A program made the translations under genes and the position numbers. A DNA stretch of 64,000 nt from Candidatus Doudnabacteria bacterium (GTDB lineage Bacteria > Patescibacteriota > Doudnabacteria > UBA920), in NCBI GenBank assembly GCA_963768175.1, contig CAVYGQ010000001.1, forward strand, positions 190,305 through 254,304, read 5' to 3'. This document shows positions 48,556 through 56,596 of this stretch, piece by piece; the first letter of the stretch is position 1, and every line of letters begins with the position of its first letter. The notes beneath the pieces were generated by a model. It made no database searches. It was not told the origin of the DNA and saw only the letters and a list, made by a program, of their open reading frames with translations.

Positions 48556-50142
48556 ATGCTAAACAAACTCAAGAACCTAGAACAGAATTTTTCCGTTTCC
48601 AAAGCCGCAATTATTGTGGGCTTTTTTACGCTGCTATCCAAATTGGTCGGATTAATCCGCGATCCGCTGCTGGCCGGAAAAATCGGGGTAGGCGACAGCT
48701 TGGATATCTATTACGCGGCTTTTCGCATCCCAGATTTTATTTTTAATTTGCTGGTATTGGGAACTTTGTCGGTCGCGTTAATCCCCGTTTTTACCGAATG
48801 GCTATTAAAAGACAAAGATAAAGCCAACCGCATTTCCAGTTCCGTTTTAAATATTTCCGTATCCGGCATGGCGGCAATCTGTTTAATTTTACTTATTTTC
48901 TCCGCTCCGCTGACAAAAGCTTTGGTTCCGGGGTTTTCGGGGGACAAACTTGCTCACACCATCCAGTTAATGAGATTGTTTTTACTGTCGCCGATTATTT
49001 TTACCGCTTCCAACGTTTTTACAAGTTTTCTGACTGCGAGCAAAAAATTCCTGGTGTTGAGCATCGCCCCCATTATGTATAATTTGGGCATTATTTTTGG
49101 CCTGTTCTTTTTTTACCCGCATTTTGGCTTAATGGGTTTGGGCTACGGCGTAATTTTAGGCGCGCTTTGCCACCTGCTAGTGCAAATCCCGGAAGCCGTG
49201 CGTTTTGGCTGGCGTTTTAAAGCGGTGATAGATTGGCACGAGCCCACGCTGAAAAAAATCGCCAAACTGTTTATACCCAGGATAATCGGAGTGGATATTT
49301 CCCAAATTAGTTTGATTGTCGGCACCACCGTTGGTTCCATTTTAGCCGCCGGTTCCGTTACCATTTTTAACCTTGCCAACAACTTACAGGCTGCGCCATT
49401 GGGAATTTTTGCGCTTTCCATATCGGCTGCCTCATTTCCGCTGCTTTCCGAGCATTACTCCAAAGGCGATAACAAGGCTTTTTTAAAAACTTTGGCCGAC
49501 AACGTCATAATGGTCCTGTTTTTTATTATCCCGATTACAATCTTAATGCTAATCTTCCGCGCCTATATTGTGCGCATTATTTACGGCCACGGAAAATTTA
49601 ACTGGAACGACACGGTTTTGATGTTCACGACTTTCGGCATCTTAACTTTTTCCCTTATCGGGCAAAGCCTTTCGCCGCTGTTTTCACGCAGCTTTTACTC
49701 CCGCCAAAACACGATTATCCCGGTTATGGTCAATATTTGCTCCATAATTGTAGATATAATTTTGGCTTACGTCTTGGGAAAACAATTCGGTTTGGTAGGC
49801 ATTGCCGGCGGTTTTGTTATTGCCTGCACACTGGACGCGCTGGTAATGTTTTTATTTTTGCGCTGGTATTTGCATAAAAGCGATATCTCGTTTACGGATT
49901 TTGACAGCGAAGTAGGGCACTTTCTGGTTAAACTTTTGTTCTCCAGCATTGTAATGGGCCTTGTCGGTTATGGCGGAATTTATGCTTTTGCGCCTTTAGT
50001 CAACACCCGCACAACTTTGGGAATAATCATCCAATCCGGCCTGGCCGTTACCATTGCCCTGTTGGCATTTTTAGTTGTGTCCTATAAAATAGGCATACAG
50101 CAAACTAAAAGGGTTTTGGGGATCATAAGAAAAGTGTTCTAA
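48556..50142 (+). CDS. murJ: lipid II flippase MurJ (MviN)
   Basis: 14-TM MOP-family protein; N-terminus SKAAIIVGFFTLLSKLVGLIRDPLLAGKIGVG typical of MurJ. Confidence 0.85.
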   Translation: MLNKLKNLEQNFSVSKAAIIVGFFTLLSKLVGLIRDPLLAGKIGVGDSLDIYYAAFRIPDFIFNLLVLGTLSVALIPVFTEWLLKDKDKANRISSSVLNISVSGMAAICLILLIFSAPLTKALVPGFSGDKLAHTIQLMRLFLLSPIIFTASNVFTSFLTASKKFLVLSIAPIMYNLGIIFGLFFFYPHFGLMGLGYGVILGALCHLLVQIPEAVRFGWRFKAVIDWHEPTLKKIAKLFIPRIIGVDISQISLIVGTTVGSILAAGSVTIFNLANNLQAAPLGIFALSISAASFPLLSEHYSKGDNKAFLKTLADNVIMVLFFIIPITILMLIFRAYIVRIIYGHGKFNWNDTVLMFTTFGILTFSLIGQSLSPLFSRSFYSRQNTIIPVMVNICSIIVDIILAYVLGKQFGLVGIAGGFVIACTLDALVMFLFLRWYLHKSDISFTDFDSEVGHFLVKLLFSSIVMGLVGYGGIYAFAPLVNTRTTLGIIIQSGLAVTIALLAFLVVSYKIGIQQTKRVLGIIRKVF

Positions 50143-50167
50143 TCCATTTTTTTGATTCGATATATTT

Positions 50168-52402
50168 ATGTTCCAGAACAACATCAGAAATTTCTGCATC
50201 ATCGCTCATATTGACCACGGTAAGTCCACGCTGGCTGACCGGCTTTTGGAAATTACCCACACAGTCAGCAAGCGTGACATGAAGGACCAGCTGCTTGACC
50301 AAATGGATTTGGAACGGGAAAGGGGAATTACAATCAAGCTGCAACCTGTCAGAATGCAATATACGCTGACTAACACGGACAGTAAACGGACTAACGCGGA
50401 AGGCAATTTGTTATACGAGGATTTAACTTACAAGATAAGAGGGGCTGTATTTGAAGTCCGCAGGCAAATCGGCCCGGGCCATAAAGAAAGTGTTTACCAG
50501 AACGCCTTGGCTTTAGAGTTCAAAAAACGAAATATACCTTTTGAAAAGGAAAAACGCATTGATGTCTTGTATTACGATAAAAAAGTCGGCGTTTACCAAC
50601 CAGATTTTTTAATAGATAATAAAGTATTACTGGAAACCAAAGCTTTGTCATTTATTGGAAAGAATGAAGAGAGACAGGTTTGGCATTATTTAAAAGGTAC
50701 TCCATATAAACTCGCTCTATTAGTCAACTTCTCTTCTGCCGGCGCCGATATCAAACGGATTATTAATACTCCGTTACAGTCCATTTCCGAAAAGTCCGTT
50801 CCTAGTCCATCACCGTCAGTGTACACATTGAATTTAATTGATACGCCAGGGCATGTGGACTTTAGTTACGAAGTTTCGCGATCCCTTGCCTGCTGTGAAG
50901 GCGCAATTTTAGTCGTGGACAGCACGCAAGGCATAGAAGCCCAAACCTTGGCCAACGTCCACTTGGCACAGGAGCATAATTTGGTTTTAATCCCGGTGGT
51001 CAATAAAATAGATTTGCCAAACTCCGACCGTAAACAAACCGCGGAAGAACTAAAAACCGTTTTTGGCTTCACGGACAATGAAATACTTTACGCCTCGGGG
51101 AAGACCGGCGAAGGCGTGGAGGATATTTTAAAAGCGGTAATCAAAAAAGTTCCTCCTCCGGTCGGCGACGAACAAAAGCCGTTCCGCGGCCTGATTTTTG
51201 ACTCCATGTACGACATCCACCGCGGCGTGGTAATTTTTGTCCGCTGTTTTGACGGAGAATTAAAAAACCGAGAAAAAGTCTTTACCATCGGCAGCCAAAC
51301 CCAGTTTGAAAGTTTGGAGGTCGGATATTTCCATCCAAAAATGGAAAAGTCCGATGGAATAAAAACCGGCGAAGTCGGCTATATAGTCACCGGTTTGCGC
51401 GACGTCAGCAAGGCCCGCGTGGGCGACACTGTCACGCTGTATGATCGAAAAACCGATGTAAAACAACTGCCCGGCTACAAACACGTAAAGCCGATGGTTT
51501 ATGCCACCATTTTCCCGGTCAGCGGGGATGACTATCCGCTTTTGCGCGATGCCATGAACAAATTAAAGCTTTCCGATGCCGCGCTGGAATTTGAGCCGAT
51601 AAATATTCCTTCCATCGGCTTTGGTTTCCGCACAGGGTTTTTGGGGCTGCTTCATATGGACATTGTACAGGAGCGCCTGACCCGCGAATACAATTTGGAT
51701 TTAATTTTAACCGCGCCTTCGGTGGCTTACCATGTCGTGACAAGCAGCGGAAAAGATTTATACATCCACAACCCGGCGGAGTTTCCCGATCCGTCCATCA
51801 TAAAAGAGCTTTACGAGCCGTGGATGTCCGTAAATATTTTGGTGCCGCAAACTTACATTGGCCCGATTATGGAAATCGCCACCCAGCGCCGCGCCATTTC
51901 CAAAGACATAAAATATTTGGGCAAAAATCGCGTGGAAATGAATTTTGAAATGCCGCTGGCCAATATTATTTCCGATTTTTACGATAAGCTTAAATCCGTG
52001 TCCAGCGGTTATGCCAGTTTGAATTATGATTTAATTGAAGAGCGGGTAGGGGATTTGGTTAAAGTGGATATCTTGGTCGCCGGCGAGCCGGTAGTCGCGC
52101 TGTCGGCAATTATGCACCGTTTTACCGCTACCGCCGAAGGCAAGCAATTAGTGGAAAAACTTAAAACCTTAATTCCCAAACACCAGTTTGAGGTTGCCAT
52201 TCAGGCCGCAATTGGCGGTAAAATAATCGCCCGCGAAACCATCTCCGCCCTGCGCAAAGACGTTACCGGCTACCTTTATGGCGGCGACGTCACCCGCAAA
52301 ATGAAACTTTTAAATAAACAAAAACGCGGCAAAAAACGGATGAAGAGAATAGGTAAGGTGGATATTCCTCAGGAGGCATTCCTTGCTGTACTTAAAAAAT
52401 AA
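50168..52402 (+). CDS. lepA: elongation factor 4 (LepA) carrying an in-frame ~150-aa GxxExxY / PD-(D/E)xK-family domain insertion between switch I and the DTPGH G3 motif
   Basis: [22 protein letters not shown], then insertion ([35 protein letters not shown]...[16 protein letters not shown]...[19 protein letters not shown]), then [24 protein letters not shown] and the complete LepA C-terminus. Confidence 0.85.
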   Translation: [744 protein letters not shown]

Positions 52403-52411
52403 TGTTATAAT

Positions 52412-52654
52412 TTGTTCATGCTAGAAAGTGAATTTCAATATTATAAAGACCACCAAAAGGAACTCGTCGATAAATTTGAAGGTAAGTTTATCGTTATTAA
52501 AGGCGCCAAGGTGATCGGTGTATATGATACAGAAATTGAGGCCTATGAAGAAACCAAAAAAATTGAAGAACTTGGCACTTTTCTTATTCAGCAAGTTTTA
52601 CCGGGAACAGAAAGTTATACCCAAACTTTTCATTCCAGAGTTAGCGTAATATAA
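52412..52654 (+). CDS. small DUF5678-like protein (putative partner of the downstream aspartyl protease)
   Basis: 80 aa, ...KFEGKFIVIKGAKVIGVYDTEIEAYEETKK... pattern; 7-nt gap to the next gene. Confidence 0.4.
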   Translation: MFMLESEFQYYKDHQKELVDKFEGKFIVIKGAKVIGVYDTEIEAYEETKKIEELGTFLIQQVLPGTESYTQTFHSRVSVI

Positions 52655-52661
52655 TAAAATC

Positions 52662-53180
52662 ATGCCGGAAGCGCTTACCTTAAAAGCTAACGGAATTGCT
52701 AGAGTTTTAGTTTCCGAAGTTGGAGTATCAGAACCTTTAGGTAATCTTCAGCCAAATCAAACAATTCAAATAAAAAATTTCAGAGGGATTTGGGACACTG
52801 GGGCCACGGGATGTGTGATAACAAATAAAGTAGTATCGGATCTGGGTCTAAAGCCAATCGGTATGAGAGAAGTACATACCGCAAATGGAAAAGCAAACCA
52901 ACAGACTTACCTTGTTGACATTTATTTACCAAATAAGGTTCGCATTGTAAATTTAACCGTAACTGAGGCCTCGTTGCCTCAAAATACCGACTGCTTAATT
53001 GGAATGGATGTTATTACTTTGGGTGATTTTTGTATTACGAATTTGAATGGAAAAACGGTAATGTCTTTTAGAACTCCTTCTAGTGCCTGCATTGATTTTG
53101 TAGAGGAGTTAAAACTTAACGACCCGAATAGAATGAGCAGGCAGCAAAGAAGAGCGATGTTGAGAAAAAAAGGATTTTAA
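52662..53180 (+). CDS. retropepsin-like (clan AA) aspartyl protease
   Basis: Hydrophobic-hydrophobic-DTGA active-site motif IWDTGATGCVIT; ~170 aa single-lobe size. Confidence 0.6.
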   Translation: MPEALTLKANGIARVLVSEVGVSEPLGNLQPNQTIQIKNFRGIWDTGATGCVITNKVVSDLGLKPIGMREVHTANGKANQQTYLVDIYLPNKVRIVNLTVTEASLPQNTDCLIGMDVITLGDFCITNLNGKTVMSFRTPSSACIDFVEELKLNDPNRMSRQQRRAMLRKKGF

Positions 53181-53206
53181 AAATCGGCAAAAGGCCGATT
53201 TTTTGA
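53179..53206 (+). terminator. rho-independent terminator
   Basis: aaaatcggc-aaaa-ggccgattttttg. Confidence 0.6.
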
Positions 53207-53326
53207 TATTATGCCGAGTGCTTATTCGCACGAATTAGCACTCGAACAAGCAAATACAATCAAAAAGCCCTATTTTCCGCGGCAACTTGATCTCCCGAAA
53301 AAGGTGTATACTATAGGTGGAAAGGG

Positions 53327-53590
53327 GTGAGTTATATGCCCAAGGAAGAGCTTGTGGGAGAAGTCTTCCGATATTACGAAGACAAAGGGACTGCCTGTAT
53401 TAAGCTTTCGGGCAGGCTCGTAGTCGGCCAAACCTTGCACTTTAAGGACCCTAACGGCGATTATTTCCAAACTATCGGCGAAATGGAAGTCGCCAACGAA
53501 ACGGCACGTTTTGCCTACCGTGGTGACTATGTGGGAATCAAAGTCGGGCGAAAGCTGCATGAACACGACCAGGTTTTTGTGCAGGATTAG
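53327..53590 (+). CDS. hypothetical 87-aa protein (beta-barrel-like, EF-Tu domain-2-like pattern)
   Basis: Strong SD aaagggg 8 nt before ATG; GEVFRYYEDKGTACIKLSGRLVVGQTLHF pattern. Confidence 0.5.
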   Translation: MSYMPKEELVGEVFRYYEDKGTACIKLSGRLVVGQTLHFKDPNGDYFQTIGEMEVANETARFAYRGDYVGIKVGRKLHEHDQVFVQD

Positions 53591-53713
53591 ATTTTTCATA
53601 AAAAATGTTTCAATCTAACAAATTGAGATGCGGTTTTTTGGGATATTTTTAAATTTTGATTTTTTAAAAAGATTTTATATAATGATTCCAAGTAAAAATT
53701 AACAAACAAACCT

Positions 53714-54343
53714 ATGCAAAAGAAAGTAATTTTTATGGCAGTTGCCATAACTTTAGTAGCCGCCGGGTGCGGCAAGAAGCAGCCTCCTGCACCGGTCAAT
53801 CCCTTGCAGGGCAATGCCAAGACAAATACCCAGGCAAGCGGACAGCTAATGACATTGAATGATTTATTGGCAGCGGGCAAATCCCAAAAGTGCACAGTCA
53901 GCTACGTAGTTAACAATACACAAAATCAAGGGACAGTCTATATTGACGGAAGCAACGTTCGGATGGATACAACTTACCAGCTTAACGGCGCCGAAAAAAA
54001 CTTCAGCGTAATTAGCAACGGCCAGTATGCATACCTTTGGACTAGCGATTCGACATTGGGATTTAAAGCCCCGGTTCAAAAAACTAGTACCTCTAGCCAA
54101 CCGTTCGGCGCAAGCAAACTGCGCCAAGACTTAGACCCAAACCATCCATACCAATATGACTGTTCCGGCTGGACGGCTGATTCGTCTGAATTCACCCCTC
54201 CTTCTTCCATAAATTTTAGCGACATGGGGAAGCTGCAAAGCCAAACCCCAGTGGCACCGGGTAGTAATGCCCAAGCTTGTGCCGCTTGCAACTACGCAGG
54301 CAGCGGAAAAGCCAAATGTTTGGCCGATTTAGGGTGCAAGTAA
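53714..54343 (+). CDS. lipoprotein of unknown function (Cys-rich C-terminus)
   Basis: Signal peptide + lipobox LVAAGC; C-terminal CAACNYAGSGKAKCLADLGCK. Confidence 0.6.
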   Translation: MQKKVIFMAVAITLVAAGCGKKQPPAPVNPLQGNAKTNTQASGQLMTLNDLLAAGKSQKCTVSYVVNNTQNQGTVYIDGSNVRMDTTYQLNGAEKNFSVISNGQYAYLWTSDSTLGFKAPVQKTSTSSQPFGASKLRQDLDPNHPYQYDCSGWTADSSEFTPPSSINFSDMGKLQSQTPVAPGSNAQACAACNYAGSGKAKCLADLGCK

Positions 54344-54372
54344 AACTGTACAACATAGCTATCAACACAAAC

Positions 54373-54424
54373 ACAATGGGCACCATTGGCCAAAGCCAAC
54401 TTTTATTCCAATGGTGCCCATTGT
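54373..54424. repeat. palindromic repeat element ACAATGGGCACCATTGG / CCAATGGTGCCCATTGT (copy 2 of 2)
   Basis: Same arms as 21167-21220; followed immediately by a terminator. Confidence 0.8.
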
Positions 54425-54430
54425 CGCGCT

Positions 54431-54468
54431 AAAAACCCCGCCGAACTGGCGCGGGGTTTTTATTTTTG
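54431..54468 (+). terminator. rho-independent terminator
   Basis: aaaaaccccgcc-gaactggc-gcggggtttttatttttg. Confidence 0.7.
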
Positions 54469-54599
54469 CCTAAAATATGGTAGAATAAATCCAGCGCTAC
54501 TTTTTGATTATCACTATTAAAAGATAAGATTTAAAGTCAATTTTACCCCAGCCTTAAACAGTAAAAGTTTAAAAAAAGTGGTGCTGGATAAAGGTACCT

Positions 54600-54710
54600 A
54601 TGTTTAAAAATCGCAAACACCTAAACAAAATAATGGCCATAATAATGGTTATAGTCGTCCTTAGCATGGTTGGGGCGCTATTTGCTGGCGCATTTATCGG
54701 CAACAAGTAA
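54600..54710 (+). CDS. putative 36-aa single-TM small protein (MFKNRKHLNKIMAIIMVIVVLSMVGALFAGAFIGNK)
   Basis: SD aaagg 6 nt upstream; hydrophobic core; below the ORF-track size cutoff. Confidence 0.3.
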   Translation: MFKNRKHLNKIMAIIMVIVVLSMVGALFAGAFIGNK

Positions 54711-54722
54711 GCGAAATTTTCC

Positions 54723-55265
54723 ATGTTCAAATTTGATTTGCTGGAAAACGAAAAAGTCATCAATATTTATCGGCAAACCGAGGCGGTGCTATTTAAACCG
54801 GTACTCATTATTTTTGTGTTAATATTTTCCCCCTGGTATTTTTTAATCAAATACGAATTAGTTTCCGGCCATGAGCGCCTGCTACTGTTTTGGACTTTCT
54901 TGGTTTTTTTGTATGGCGTCCGCACTTATCTTATTTGGCTCCTTAACGCTTATATTGTTACCGATATGCGCTTAATAAATGTCTCCCACAAAAGCCTGCT
55001 TAATAAAAAAGTGGTGGAGACCCCGCTGGAGCGGATTTTAAATGTCAGTTTCCAAATAAAAGGTTTTTGGCAGTCCCTATTCAGATTCGGCACGGTAGAA
55101 GTCCAGGCGGCAGGCCTTGTTGATCCTTTGGCTTTAAAAAACGTTAGCCAGCCCGATAAGCTTAAGGATTTCTTATGGAAAATCCATAACCAGCATTCGG
55201 GAGGAGGGATTTTAACGCAAAATTTGGAAATTAAACACCCGTCTTTACCTAGGCAGGTAAAATGA
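54723..55265 (+). CDS. membrane protein with bacterial PH-like (YdbS/YdbT-type) domain
   Basis: Two TM helices followed by a ~100-aa soluble domain; generic. Confidence 0.4.
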   Translation: MFKFDLLENEKVINIYRQTEAVLFKPVLIIFVLIFSPWYFLIKYELVSGHERLLLFWTFLVFLYGVRTYLIWLLNAYIVTDMRLINVSHKSLLNKKVVETPLERILNVSFQIKGFWQSLFRFGTVEVQAAGLVDPLALKNVSQPDKLKDFLWKIHNQHSGGGILTQNLEIKHPSLPRQVK

Positions 55266-55627
55266 TAAACAAACAAGCCCTGTCATCTAAAATAACTATC
55301 GTAGGCCTGTTAATTTTACTGGCCTTCTTGTCGGATTGGAAATACAAACAGTGGTCCAGTGAAAAATTAATCCAGAAACAAAAACAAGATTTACAACAGC
55401 AGGCCGACGCTTTACAAAAAAAGAACAACGAATTAAGCCAGTCCTTGCAGGATTTTAATTCTCTCAGCTTTAAGGAAAGTGTGGCCAGACGGCAGCTGAA
55501 TTTAAAAAAACAGGGTGAGCAGGTTTACACTTTTATGGATGCCGCGGCAGCCGGCCAAATGCAGAATCAAAATTCCCAAGGCCGGGGTAATGCTAAAAAA
55601 TGGCTTGATTATTTTTTTGCGAACTAA
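55262..55627 (+). CDS. septum formation initiator family protein (FtsB/DivIC-like)
   Basis: Single TM + coiled-coil (QKQKQDLQQQADALQKKNNELSQSLQD), ~120 aa. Confidence 0.6.
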   Translation: MINKQALSSKITIVGLLILLAFLSDWKYKQWSSEKLIQKQKQDLQQQADALQKKNNELSQSLQDFNSLSFKESVARRQLNLKKQGEQVYTFMDAAAAGQMQNQNSQGRGNAKKWLDYFFAN

Positions 55628-55630
55628 AAA

Positions 55631-56494
55631 ATGCCCAGCAAACATCGCAAAATTTTAAAATATGTTTGTTGGCTAACGGCAATTATTCTGGTCTTAATAA
55701 TCTCGACCGCCTTATGGCTGTATACGGGTACGCTCACGCAGGACAAAATAAAAATTTTCCAAATCGTGCCTCTGCCCATGGCCTTGGTAAACGGGCATCC
55801 TCTTCCCATAAAGGATTTTTTGATAAGGTTTGGCGTTGCCCAAAAAGTTTTGACGCAAAATAACGAGCAACAGGCAAAATTCGCCATTGCCCAGCAGCTG
55901 ATTTTGGAAGACGAAATTTCCCAACTAGCGGCACAAAGTGATGTCTCGGTAAACCAAAAACAAATTGACCAAGAATACTCAATTTTATCGGCTCAAACAA
56001 ATTTGCAGGGGCAGCCTAATTTTGAAAAATTTTTGCAAAGTCAAAATTTAAATGAAAGCATCTTAAAAAACAGCGTGATAAAGCCAGAACTGCTTTTGGA
56101 CCAGCTGCGAATTTGGTTTAACTCCCAGCCCAATTTAAATCTTCGGGCCTACGGTTTGGCAAACAACCTGCTGACACAAATAAACGAGGGGAGCGACATG
56201 GCTGCTTTAGCCGTTCACTTTTCGGAAGACCCGACGGGAAAAAGTTCCGAAGGGGATATGGGTTTTGTGCAAATAACCGATCTCTCTTTAGAACTTAGGG
56301 AAAGCGTAAGCAACCTAAAGCCCGGCGAAACCAAAATTATCCCCGGCCTTAAGGGATTGTATATTATCCGCTTGGAGGAGCAAACCAATAACCGCTTGCA
56401 TTTGAGGGAAATATTTTTAAATACGGACGATTTTAACGCTTGGCTCAACGCCCAAACAAAAAATTTTAAAGTCATTAATTTATTAAAAATCTGA
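55631..56494 (+). CDS. parvulin-type peptidyl-prolyl cis-trans isomerase (PrsA/SurA-like), membrane anchored
   Basis: C-terminal PpiC-like domain ...SEGDMGFVQITDLSLELRESVSNLKPGETKIIPGLKGLYIIRLEE. Confidence 0.6.
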   Translation: MPSKHRKILKYVCWLTAIILVLIISTALWLYTGTLTQDKIKIFQIVPLPMALVNGHPLPIKDFLIRFGVAQKVLTQNNEQQAKFAIAQQLILEDEISQLAAQSDVSVNQKQIDQEYSILSAQTNLQGQPNFEKFLQSQNLNESILKNSVIKPELLLDQLRIWFNSQPNLNLRAYGLANNLLTQINEGSDMAALAVHFSEDPTGKSSEGDMGFVQITDLSLELRESVSNLKPGETKIIPGLKGLYIIRLEEQTNNRLHLREIFLNTDDFNAWLNAQTKNFKVINLLKI

Positions 56495-56596
56495 CAAGTA
56501 TAAAGTTATAGGTTGTGGAAACCGGTGTAGTCATAAGCAATAGGTTATAGGGTACTTATAACCATACACTTATTACTAAACCGGCATCTATAACTT

